From the NCBI RefSeq assembly GCF_009914755.1, contig NC_060941.1: a stretch of 64,000 nt of DNA; one strand, given 5' to 3'. Made by a program: the position numbers and the translations under genes. Below the pieces are notes generated by a model, which was not told the DNA's origin, searched no databases, and worked only from the letters and a program-made list of their open reading frames with translations. Source of the stretch: the human T2T-CHM13v2.0 reference genome, Homo sapiens. Shown here one piece after another: positions 1-29,630 of the stretch. Each line of letters opens with the position of its first letter. Within the stretch, counting starts at the first letter, position 1.

Positions 1-314
<314 letters not shown>

Positions 315-327
315 TAATGGTGTTGTG

Positions 328-1090
<763 letters not shown>

Positions 1091-1117
1091 ACATACCACA
1101 AATATCAGAAACAAACA

Positions 1118-1470
<353 letters not shown>

Positions 1471-1679
1471 TCAAATATCGCAAGCATGAAACACAAACAG
1501 ATTACTAATAAAACAAATATACACAGGCTGGACATGGTGGCCCATGTCTATATTCCCAGCTACTCAGGAGGGTGAGGTAGGAAGGTCACTTGAGTCTAGC
1601 AGTTCAAGGCCAGCATGGGCAACATAGCAAGACCCCACCAGTGAAAAAAATATGATAGGAGGAATAATAGCTCAATAGG

Positions 1680-2240
1680 ACTAGAGGAGAAAGTTGAGAA
1701 AATCTACTAGAAAACAGAACAAAAGGCAAAATGATGGGAAATTGGAAATAAAATAAAATGGAGAATAAATGAAATCGAGAATGGGAACTGGAGAGCCAGT
1801 TTGGGAGACCCAACATCTAAAGTATAAGTTCAAAAAAGAGACACTGAAAAAATAAAGAGAAGGAAATAATCGATGAAATAATTCAAGACATCTTCCCAAC
1901 ACTGAGGGTCATGAATTTCAAGACTGAAAGGACCTACTGAGAGCACTGCACAATTAATAAAAATTGACTACACCTTGGCACATCATTGTGAAATTATGGA
2001 AGCTGGGCCAGGGAGAGGCTCCTAAAAGCTTCTGGAGAAAATGTCATGTCATATGAAAATAATCAGGAATGCAAATAGCTCTAGGCTTCTTTATAGCAAC
2101 ACTGCTACCATTGGAGCAGTGCTTTCAAAATTCCGAACCAAAAAAAAAAAAATGATTTCAGAACTACTATTTAAGTGTATAGATAGATTATAGGCATTTC
2201 CAGACATGCAAAGTCTTAAAAACTTCTCCTCCCTCCCACA
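1680..2240 (+). mobile_element. Old L1 (L1M) fragment
   Basis: A-rich decayed L1 ORF1-region-like sequence. Confidence 0.5.
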
Positions 2241-2753
2241 TACCCTTTCTTGCTTAGCCCAAGAAATAAGCCAGGAAATAACAAAACATGAGATCCGGGA
2301 AACAAATCTCCAGCACAGCAGAGAGGTAAAAGGAAGACAAAGGATGGTGGTGAAGCAAGAGCTCAGGAGGACCAGGAAAGAAGCCAACAGGACACACTGG
2401 AGAGACTCCTTCACACAGTGGAACCGACTGGGAAATGGATGTGTCTGAACTGATAGAGAGGCAATCTGAACAAGTGGTGAAGTTTCGGATTAAACTAATG
2501 AAAAATATATAGAAAACCAGACCAATAATATAATCATTATTATATAGAGAAACAACAAAAGGTTTTGTATGGAAGAAAAAAATAATTACAGTATACTATA
2601 AATGTCCCCTATGAATAGCATATCCATAACAAAAATCACGTAAACACTGAGTGTCGTTTGCTCGGTCCTAATAAAACTGTACTAGAAGGATGGGGGTGAG
2701 AAACGTTTGCAAATGGGAGCAAGACTAGGAAAGAAAATGAAATCCTATCTTCC

Positions 2754-3053
<300 letters not shown>

Positions 3054-3362
3054 TCCTATCTTCCACAGGGGGAAGCCAATATTTGCCTAAAGCTGAAAAA
3101 TCATTAAATAAACAATCATGCATGCTATTTTGAGATGCAGTGGTTTAGATTATCAAAGAAAGTAGTGAAAGTTATTGTCTTTCATGAGAGGGAAAGGACA
3201 GAAGTGGAGCAGGAAGCAGTTGTTGGTGAGAGATTTGTAGAACTATTTGACTCTTTAAATCATATGCATCTACAGCTTTGATGAGAATATTAGAATTTAA
3301 AAGAAAGTAAAAGAGAAGACAGGAAAGAGGAAGGAAGGGAGGGAGGGAGGGAGGGAAACAAA

Positions 3363-3676
<314 letters not shown>

Positions 3677-4108
3677 TCATTCAGGGGCTCAAAGATGGGG
3701 TGCACATGACTTAATGGACATTTTAAAATCTCAAGTAAACCCCTTTCCCAGTCAGGGCTCAGATTTCTTCATCTATATCTTGAGGGGTTGGGTGACAACT
3801 CCTGTTCAACCTGTCTGAGATCATCATGAGCTGTAGGACAGAATGTAATAAAATATTTACATGATCAAGGGCGATGGTTCTTTTTTTTTTTAACCTTTTA
3901 AGTAGGAAGGGTAATGTGCTGTAACAAGATTTGAGACAAGCATGTCTCATATATAAGCATAAAAACCCAATCATCATGCTTACCAAGTACAAAAGGATCA
4001 AGGGCAGTGGTTCTAAAGAAGAATCACCCTACTGTAAAATGTAGATTCCCTGGCTAATCTTCTGGGGAGTCTGCCTCCTTGGTGTGAGGCAGGGATGGGG
4101 AACTGGCA

Positions 4109-4413
4109 TTTTTTTTTTCTTTTGAGACAGAGTCTCACACTGCTCATTCTGCTGCCCAGGCTGGAGTGCAGTGGCATGATCTCGGCTCACTGGAATCTCT
4201 GCGTCCTGGGTTCAAGCGATTCTCCTGCCTCAGTCTCCTGAGTAGCTGGGACCATGGGCACCCACCAACAGGCCCAGCTAATTTTTGTATTTTTAGTAAA
4301 GATGGTGTTTTGCCATGTTGGCCAGGCTGGTCTCAAACCCCTGACCTCAAGTGATCCACCCACCTCTGCCTCCCAAAGTGCTGGGATTATAGGCAGGAGT
4401 CACATCCAACCCG
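4109..4413 (-). mobile_element. Alu
   Basis: Reverse Alu consensus. Confidence 0.9.
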
Positions 4414-5058
4414 GAACTGACATTTTTAATAAGCATTCAAAGACATCTGATGCCAGCCATCTGCTTGCCACACGTTGAGCAACGCTACTCCAGGACAAGT
4501 CCTTGGAGGTGCAAGATCACAGGTTTAATTGAGATAAAACGGCAAATCAATTCCCCTTTTCAGGGAGAAAGTGTCAATTTGGTATTGATATGTTTTTAGC
4601 ACCCCTTTAGCGTTAGATAATCTCCTGGAACAGGGAGCTGGCCACAGGCAAAAGAATCTACCTGGAATTGAATTACACTGTTTGGTTTTCATTGCATTCT
4701 CCTTTATTCTTACCTTCTATTATGGGAAATGAAACGAATTTTCGATTTACAATAGTGACACAAAGTTTCCTTTAAAATAGATTCACTGAAATTTCTAAGT
4801 ATCCAAGGATGTATTTTAGGATGAAGAGACAATAAAGCATTTTCACTTTTTCCTAGACTCACTAGATTTTGGCACATGGATACTTGCAATATTGATTTGT
4901 ATTATGAGAGTGATCTAATTATTACAAAAGGAGCTATAATCACTAACTTATTCTTAATAATAATGGTTACTGGTACCTTTACAATAATGTACAATCCAAT
5001 GTTTAAAAATGATACCACTTGAGTTTGGTTTGATCCTATAAACTTTCAACAAATGTCT

Positions 5059-5332
<274 letters not shown>

Positions 5333-5619
5333 TCAACAAATGTCTTAAAATTTAAAAGCAGGCTGATTAGTTTGGAACCAGACTACAAGTAGAGCTAACA
5401 TTTGGTGAATAAGAAAACATCACACTACATTTTGGATGTATGAAAGAAAACTTGACCATGTGAAGATATATGAATAAAGAAATGTACTATAGATACTACT
5501 TTAGGAAAAAAAAGAGTGATCTATAAATAAAAACATTTGACGTATTTGAAAACGTGTGGGTCTTGCATACGACTCACATGATAAATCTAAAATTCAACCT
5601 AGCAATGGATAAGAATTAA

Positions 5620-6800
<1,181 letters not shown>

Positions 6801-7495
6801 TGATAAGTCACTCTCACTTCAGTTGGCTTTCATGAAACACTGTGACAGGCACAAGAGGACAAAGTGTCTGCCGGCATCGTTCTCCTCCTACCTCATTGAC
6901 TGAACTTTGCTGCTTCCACTCCTTTGCATGACTTCCAAATATCAGAGGACCTTAGGGCACAGCTTGTGCCTCTTCTCTTCTCTACTTATGGGATATTCTC
7001 TGCCTAGTGATCTCCACCAGCCTGTGGTATAGATGTACCTGTGTGCTTGTGACTCAAAGATGCACACCTGCAGTCCTGAGCTCTATGCCCAGACGTGGGT
7101 TCTCCACTTGGATGTCTAATGGCCATCTCAAACTTAGCATCTCCAGACCGAAAACCCCAAATCTGTTATGTTATTCCCCCAAAGCCCAAATCCATAACTT
7201 CCCCTTGGCATCTCTCCCCCAAATCCCTCCCTCACTGCACTCTTGCCTTTCCCTCCTCCAACAAGCCAAGCTTTTCCTAACCACAGGGCCTCTTCAGGAA
7301 CAGTTTCCTCTGCACAAAACTCTGTTCCCCAGACAGATCCTTTCACCTCCTCTGAGGCTCTGAACGCCTCCCTTCCCACCTCTGCTTCTCACTCCTTCAC
7401 ATTAGTCTGTTTCATTTCCTTCATTGCACTTATTATCATCTGAAATTATGTGTTGGTTTACTTATTTTCTCTCACACTTGATTTTTTTTTTTTAG

Positions 7496-7738
<243 letters not shown>

Positions 7739-7838
7739 TAGGTCTTGCCTGGGCCTTTATCAATAGCAGTGAGCATAGCACCTGGCACAGAGGTAGTTCT
7801 GAACATTAATTATTGAATGAAATAAAATAATGAATGTA

Positions 7839-8143
<305 letters not shown>

Positions 8144-8369
8144 TTAAAAATAATGAACGCAGGCCCAAGAAGAGTTGTGGGAAATGGGGTGATATTTTTG
8201 CATAGACTTCTAAGGCTAAGAAGGAAAACAAACAGACGTGGTGGGCACAAATCTACCCCCACCCCAACTGGGTCCCAACTCTAGGCTCTCTGGCCTGGCA
8301 CCACCACTGAAAGGCCCCGTTCCCCAAACCTCAGGGTATTCTTAGTCCCTCCTGTTCCCAGCGCTGCCA

Positions 8370-8510
8370 ATCCCCCGCCCACCCCCACTTTAGTTGCGTG
8401 TTCCAGCCTCTCCGCCCCGCCCCTCCCCGCCCTGAAACGGACGTGCTTTTTAGAGGAGTCCACTGGGCTTGGAGTCAGTGGCAATAACCAGGGGCAATAA
8501 CCAGGCGTGT
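8370..8510 (+). promoter_or_regulatory. ALOX15B proximal promoter (GC boxes)
   Basis: Clustered Sp/KLF GC boxes (ccccgcccacccc 8372; ccgccccgcccctccccgccc 8412), ACGTG at 8441, duplicated gcaataacca element; 60-200 bp upstream of the ATG. Confidence 0.65.
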
Positions 8511-8573
8511 CCCAGGGGGGAGCCCCGCTCTGCAGCCCTGTGCGCCGTAGAGAGCTGGACTTAGGCTGGCAGC

Positions 8574-17999
<9,426 letters not shown>

Positions 18000-18393
18000 A
18001 TCCCAGGGGAACACAGGCCCAGATGACATCCCTTTGACCACATCGCTCTAGGATAACTGGCACCCAGAGAAAAGGACTCCTCAGAAAAAACAGGCCCCCA
18101 TGTGCCTCTCCTGGGACAACCAGACTCTGTAACTCACCCCCACCACCATACACACACACAAAAACAGAAACAAAATCAAAACAGAGAAAGCAGAAAATCT
18201 ACCAAGAACAGAGTCTCAGGACAGAACCACTGAGTCTTTTGGAGGCTCCAAGCCTCAAAGTGCCCGCAGAGCCCACCTTGAGGGTTTTGCTAGTTGGTTT
18301 TGTTTTGCGTTTTACAGCCGTGGGGGGAAGCACATAATCCCGCCCCGGGGCCCACTAGCATCCACTGATTGGACCTTATGGTCACCCAACTCA

Positions 18394-19083
<690 letters not shown>

Positions 19084-19743
19084 TCAGCTTTAAAGTGAAC
19101 AAAACACTGAAAAAGGGTCACTGGGAGCCAGGCAGAATGAGAACACCCAGTCGGCACAGGCAGTGCCTATGTATACTTTCTTAAAAACATCCCCTAAAGT
19201 TAAAGACTTGTACGTTATAAGGCAGGTTCCGTTTCCAGAGAATCAGAAAACATTGTCATATCTCTAATCATACTTTGCTGCTAGATTTCATCATCACTGA
19301 TGGATTTACATTTCATACACATTCTTTCATTCTGTTTTTCTTTTTTTTCTGGCTCATAGTCGGTGAGCATCCATTAAGGTAAAAAAGTGTCCTTTAAAAA
19401 AAAAAAAAAACTCCCGTGGCGACACCTGGTAGACATCACCTTAATCAAATAATCCAGGTGAGTTCAGGCGTGGTGGCTCACACCTGTAATCCCAGCACTT
19501 TGGGAGGCCGAGGCGGGCGAATAACTTGAGGCCAGGTGTTAAAGACCAGCCTGGCCAACATGGCAAAACCCCATCTCTACTAAAAGTACAAAAACTAGCC
19601 GGGCTTGGTAGCAGGCGCCTGTAATCCCAGCTATTTAGGAGGCTGCGGCAGGAGAATCGCTTGAACCCAGGAGGCAGAGGTTGCAGTGAGCCGAGATCAT
19701 GCTGCTGTATTCCAGCCTGAGTGACAGGGAGAGACTCTGTGTC

Positions 19744-19774
<31 letters not shown>

Positions 19775-20342
19775 AGGTGAACTTGCTGATACCATGTTGC
19801 TTTGCTCTAATGTTGTAAGAAGAGCACCTCATCTCTGTGGTTTCTTCTAGAAACTCATAACTACAGTCTAGTGATGAGAAAAATACAGACAAACCCAGAT
19901 TGAGGGACATTCTGCAAAATACTTGACCAGCACTTTCCAAATTTTAAAATTGCCTTTGCTTTTTTGGTGTAAAAACAAAATGCATCCTTTACAATTCATC
20001 TAATGATTTCCATCACTACTACACATTGCAGGCATGAGTGCTTTTGTTTTTCAGTTTCACTGATTTTTATAAAACAATGTGGACAAAAATGCAATTTATA
20101 TACTATAACTGCATAAACATTACCATTGGAAAAAAACAGAACAGTGCCTCAGAAAGGGTAGGGCTGACTGGCAAGTGGCATTTGACATGCTCATTCCTCG
20201 TTGAGAGTGAGTATACCGAAAGTGATTTAGAGATATATGTATCTGTCAAACTTCTTTCCATCAATTCCTGCTAACTTAAGCAATAAAGGAGTTAATGGAA
20301 AAGAAATGGAGTTCCTTGAGAAGTTAAAGAGCTGACTATGCA

Positions 20343-20940
<598 letters not shown>

Positions 20941-22101
20941 TCATGCAGTTTCAGGAAAGAAACTGAAACCCAGGAAGCTCCAGGCATCTGGGGGACAAGG
21001 GACAAGAACTGATGGATGCTGTCCTCAGGCACTGCCATGGGAATAATGAAGCGCCTACCATTTTTCATCCTTGAGTTATTTGCCTCCATATTCAGTTCCG
21101 TGAGAGAGGCTGTTTGACGTAACACGGAGCAGCAGAGACCACTGGTTCCTGGAACAGAGAGAGTTTATGTTCACCCAATACCTCATGTACTTCCCAACAT
21201 TTCCCAGCCTGCCTTAAAGTTAGATTGAGGCCATGTGACTAATTCTGGCCAGAACACTAATTCGCAGAGGAGTGATGTGTGTCCTTTCCAAGATGGGACA
21301 GTTACGAGCTGGTGTGCCTCCTTCATCCTTCTATTGCCCCATTGCCTATCCCTCGGAGGCATTTCCAGCTGACCTAGCCATCCTGACCTCTATTGCTGGA
21401 CTTCCAGTTCAGGAGGACAAGGTTCACAACTGCCCATCACAGCGCCGGCACACTGCAGGTGCTTGGTAAGTACGTGCTGAATGAAGGAATTAATTCCTGC
21501 ACAAATAATTCCTAAAACCCTGTGGTGCCCATCGCTTACCTGTGTCTCCCCAACCAGACTGTGAGCTTCTTGAATGCAGGAGCTGGGTCTCACTCAACTT
21601 GCCAGGCCTCATGCCCAGCGCTGCATTGACACAGAGTGATACCCAACAAATGTTTGTTTAATGTTGGATGAAGGGAAAGTGATTGGATGGTTGCATGCGT
21701 GGATGTACTGGTGAGTTGGAGGGCAGTTGCACCCCAGTCAATAAACTGGTGTTTGTTTCAGTATATATCTTTTGGGATCAACTATCATTTCCAGGAGAAA
21801 CTGCAGCGTCCAAGGCAGCATAGCCGTGAAAATCCAAGCAGTCAGTCCCTAACCACCCTTGGAGAAGCCACCACCACCTCCTCTGCCCAGGGCCTGTGAG
21901 CTTGTGAGCCTGTGAGGTCCCCCCGCCACACACACCACACAACCCTAGCCCTAGAGCTCTCAGCTGGCCTCCCCGCCTTGAGAAGAGAAGGTTCTTCTCT
22001 TCTACAGAGAACTTCACCTCTACAGAGAACATTCTCTACAGAGAACATTCACCTCTAGGGATATCCAGTTAATGCTCCAGAATGGTGGCCTCCTTGGGCT
22101 A

Positions 22102-22164
22102 TGATGGATGGTAAATAGATAGAAGATAGATAGTAGATAGATAGATGATGACAGATAGATAGAT

Positions 22165-22197
<33 letters not shown>

Positions 22198-22810
22198 TAG
22201 ATAGATAGAAGATAGATAGTAGATAGTAGATAGAAGATAGATAGATGATAGATAGTAGATAGTAGACAGATAGTAGACAGATAGTAGATAGAAGATAGAT
22301 AGTAGAAGATAGATAGATAGTAGATAGAAGATAGATGATAGATAGTAGATAGATAGTAGACAGATAGTAGACAGATAGTAGATAGAAGATAGATAGATAG
22401 TAGAAGATAGATAGATAGTAGATAGGAGATAGATGATAGTAGATAGATAGTAGACAGATAGTAGATAGAAGATAGATAGATGATAGTAGATAGATGGATA
22501 GATGACAGACAGTAGATAGAAGATAGATAGATAGAAGACAGTAGATAGTAGATAGATAGTAGATAATAGAAGATGGATAGATGATAGTAGATAGATCGAT
22601 AGATAGATGATAGATAGAGAGTAGATAGAAGATCGATAGATAAATAGATAGAATATAGTAGATAGAAGATAGGTAGATAGATAGAAGACAGTAGATAGTA
22701 GAAGATAGATAGATGATAGTAGATAGATGATAGATAGTAGAGAGAAGATAGATAAATAGATAGAAGATAGATAGATAGATAGAAGATAGATAGTAAATAG
22801 ATAATAGACA
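22102..22810. repeat. Long complex (GATA/TAGA)n simple repeat
   Basis: ~700 bp of GATA/TAGA/GTA/GAA variants. Confidence 0.97.
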
Positions 22811-22812
22811 TA

Positions 22813-23428
22813 TAGCCATGCATTACTTAACGATGGGGATATGTTCTGAGAAATGTGTTAGGTGATTTCATCATTGTGTGAACACCGCGGAGTCTGCTAA
22901 CACAATTTTAAATGGTAGCGCGTACCACACACCTAGGCTATATGGTCTAGCCTGTCGCTCCCAGGCTGCAAACCTGTGCAACACGTTACCATGCCGAATA
23001 CTATAAGCAGTTGTAACACAATGATAATATCTACACATTGAAAAGGTACAATTAAAATATATTGCTAAAGGCAAAAAGTGGTACACCTAAGTAAGGCATT
23101 TACTGAAGGCCTTGGAACCAGGGATGCCGATGGTGTAATGAATGGAGCTGCGGGACCGGAAGTCGCTGTGGGTGTGTCAGTGAGTGCATGGTGAGGGAAT
23201 GTGAGGGCCTAGGCCGTCACTGTACACTTTTATGTGACTGGCAGCACAAAATTTTACTTAGACCAGCATCACCGCGAACATGTGAGTAATGCATTGTGCT
23301 ATGACATCATGACAGCTATGATGTCACTAGGCATTAGGACTTTTTCAGCTTCATTATAATTTTATGGGACCACCATTGTACATGTGGTCCATCATTGATC
23401 AAAATGTCATTATGTGGTGCATGACTAT
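22813..23428. mobile_element. Tigger3/MER7-like DNA transposon
   Basis: Termini tagccatgcattacttaacgatgggg...gtgcatgacta; characteristic internal motifs. Confidence 0.7.
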
Positions 23429-23439
23429 AGACAGATATA

Positions 23440-23960
23440 TAAGGAGAAATTAGGGGAATTGGCTCACGTGATTATGGAGGCGGAGAAGTCCCACTACAGG
23501 CCGTTCCCACTACAGGCTGTCTGCAAGCTGGAGACCCTGGGATGCCAGTAGCAGCATGGCTCAGTCCAAGTCTGAAGGCTTTGGAACCACGGATGCCAAT
23601 GGTGTAATTCTCAGTCCAAGACCAAAGGCCTGAGAATACTTCCACTGGTCAGAGGGCCACTGGTATGGGTCCTGGAGTCCCAAAGCCAGAGAGCCAGGGT
23701 TCTGATCACCAAGAGCAGGAGGAGGAGAGTGTCCCAGCTCCAGGACAGAGAGAAAGGGAGGAAATCCTTTTCTCCCTTTTTTCGTTCCACCAGGACCCAC
23801 AATGATTGGATGATGCCTGCCACATTGAGGGTGGATGTTTCCCACTCAGCCCACTGACTCACAGCAATCTCCCCTGGAAACACCCTCACAGACACAACCA
23901 GAAATAATGCTTTACCAGTTCTCTCGATATTCCTCAATGCAGTCAAGTTGGCACTTGAAT
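23440..23960 (-). mobile_element. MLT2-like (ERVL) LTR
   Basis: ggaattggctcacgtgattatggagg, ctcacagacacaaccagaaataatgct and cagtcaagttg motifs. Confidence 0.7.
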
Positions 23961-24013
23961 GCATTAATGATGAAGTGTTATATAATATAGGTAGAAAACA
24001 AGTCACACCATGA

Positions 24014-24238
<225 letters not shown>

Positions 24239-24550
24239 TAGCCAGGATGGTCTCGATCTCCTGACCTCATGATCCGCCCGCCTCGGCCTCCCAAAGTGCT
24301 GGGACTACAGGCGTGAGCCACCGCGCTGGGCCCCCTTGTGTGTTTTTTTTTTAAGTGAAGTATGTAAATCAATAGAAATGGCAAGGAAAGATCTGGAAAG
24401 AAGGATGCACACCTAGCTGTTGCTTGAGAAGGAGAGTGGGATTGTACAGCAGGGCCACATTGAGGAGTAAAGAAGTGGGAGCCTTAAACTAAGAGAGAGA
24501 GAGAGAGAGAAACAGAGAGAGGTGAAACCCTGAAAAGGAGATCTATTTGA

Positions 24551-25121
<571 letters not shown>

Positions 25122-25624
25122 TGACTAGTTTCATATCTAACCCAACAATCGTATCCTAACATTCCTTTATTAAATTGCCTGTAAGTGCCCGGCTCCTCAA
25201 TTGTTCTTGAAACCAGCATGACCATCTGGCTGAGTCGAATAAAATATTTGACTTGTGAACATTCTAATTTGTATGAACCATGTTTTTAATTTGTTTGAAA
25301 TCCCTCCCAGGGTGGAGGGAGAGCTGCTTGTGCCACCCCAGAACAGTGCCTAGAACCCCAATCCCTTCTTCTCTCTGCCAGGTCCTCTTCCAGCCTCCTC
25401 TTTATCTTTGTGCCCGCCTTCCCCTCACCGCACCCCCATCCATGTTGGACATCCCAGGGGTGCCTTTGCTCACTACCCCAGGGAATGAGAAACAGACTCT
25501 TCTGTCCCCACCCGCATCCCCCACTGACCTAAGAAGGTGCTGAAGCCTGGGACAGAGACAAAAGTGGCAGAAATGGAGAGGGATGTGTGGGTTGAAATAG
25601 GGGGCTTGGATGTGGGCCCAGGTG

Positions 25625-26482
25625 GTTGAGGACCAGCCTACACTGTGCCCATTTAAAGATTAATAGTATATGCTTTAGAATAGTGCTTTACTAATATGAT
25701 TATGAATCATAAGTATAATAGCTTGTGCTTAGTACAACAATAAGAGAATCAGGCGGTGAGCTTGCTTGACTGACCACAGAGTGGAACAAACAACCACAGG
25801 AAGTCTGCGGAGCCTCTGAGCAAGAAAGTTGGCTTATTGCTCAACCTTCCACTTGAGTGCCTGAACAAAGGTCTCATGGGAAGGGAAGCGACCCCTGCTC
25901 CATTACCCGGGAGGGTACTGCAGGAGGCTGCTGGTAAAAGAGGAGAAGTCCTCTGCAGTAGGGTTAAGGAGGAAGCCTCCTATCTCCCGCATGTTCCCAG
26001 AGGCAAAGCAGCTGCTCTGCTGACGGTGCTCAGGCGTTGACCACTCCTTTGATGTACAGGCCTGTGGGTTTGAAGGGCTGTTTGCTTTCACGTCCTGTTC
26101 TGTTCTATTAGCCGCTTAGTTGGACTCTGATGATTATCTGTAAGTTAAACATAGAGTATTAGCTTACGTAGTGGAACAGTAAATAGTATTAACTGGCTAA
26201 TGACCGACACAGCAGGCTCCGCCACCTCTCCCTATGCTCACCCAATGATCACCTCACCATCAGCCCACCCTCAGCCTATAGGATCAAAGGAACTGTACTC
26301 AATAAATATCAGTGGAACCCAGAGCTCCTGGCCTTTGCAATCTCCACGTTGCGATGGATCCTTGGACCCACTTTTGTTAACTCTTAAACTTTGTGTCTTT
26401 GTCTTTATTTCTTTTCTCATTCCCTCGTCTCCACCGGGAAGGGGAGAGCCTGCGGGTGGTGTATCAGGCAGGTTCCCCTACA
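25625..26482 (+). mobile_element. Putative 5' LTR of the provirus
   Basis: AATAAA at 26301, ends in CA immediately before the PBS; 5' boundary uncertain. Confidence 0.65.
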
Positions 26483-26629
26483 TCTTTGGCACCCAACACG
26501 GTCTCCTCGAACCCAGGTGAAGTTACACCTGAGCGTGGTCGTTGTGAAGAACGGTCTGTCCAGGAACTCCCGAGAACGTGTGGTCGGCCTTGCGGTAAGC
26601 TTGTGCACTCGGAGCATTCCAGGGACACC

Positions 26630-28759
<2,130 letters not shown>

Positions 28760-28760
<1 letters not shown>

Positions 28761-29630
28761 CCATCATTGTCTCTTGCCCAACCACCACAGTAACACAATT
28801 GGCGCCAGCTACAGCAGGGAGTACAGGCTTAGATTTATGTTTCCCAAAAGCTATCTCTCTGCTTCCAGGGAAATCCCCTCAAAAAGTCCCCACTGGAGTA
28901 TTTGGCCCTTTACCTGATGGACAGTTGGACTTGTTTTAGGAACATCTAGTCTAAACTTAAAAGGAGTTCAGATTCATACTGGGCTGATTGATTCAGATTT
29001 TGTGGGAGAAATTCAATTGGTTATTAGTTCCAGTATTCCTTGGAGTGCAAACCCAGGAGATAGAATTGCTCAGCTGTTGTTATTACCTTATGTAATAGTA
29101 GAAAAAAGTACAGTAAAAAGAGAAAGTGGTTTTGGCAGTACTGACAGTGAAGGAAAAGCAGCCTATTGAGTAAATCAAGCTTCTAAAAACAGACCTGTGT
29201 GCACAATGATTCAGGGAAAACAGTTTGAAGGACTGGTAGACACAGGTGCTAATATTTCAATTATAGCTCTAAATCAGTGGCCAAAAGCGTGGCCCCGACA
29301 AAAGGCTTCTATGGGCTTGATTGGAGTAGGCACAGCATCTGAAGTCTATCAAAGTGCTACAATTTTACATCGTTTAAGACCAGATGGGCAGGAAGTCACC
29401 ATCCAACCTATGATTACTTTCATTCCCATTAATTTGTAGGGGAGAGATTTGTTACAGCAATGGGGTACAGAAATCACCATTCCCTCTGCAATTTACAGTC
29501 CTGAGAGCCAAAGAATGATGACCAAAATGGGATATATTCCTGGGAAAGGATTAGGAAAAAAATGAGGACGGAATAACCCAGCCGATTGAGGTCTCAGTTA
29601 AATTTGACCGAAGAGGAATTGGATATCCTT
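28760..29630 (+). pseudogene. ERV pro (dUTPase-protease-G-patch), disrupted
   Basis: PATAGSTGLDL dUTPase motif, GLVDTGANIS aspartyl protease motif (~29230), MGYIPGKGLGK G-patch; in-frame stops. Confidence 0.88.

Noticed and set aside
22020-22823. 267-aa and 254-aa minus-strand ORFs (YLSIYLSS...)
   Set aside because: Artefacts of the GATA simple repeat.
25310-25620. Possible pseudogene exon 1 upstream of the provirus
   Set aside because: No recognisable MA.Y.V.V.TG...AGT homology in any frame I could read.
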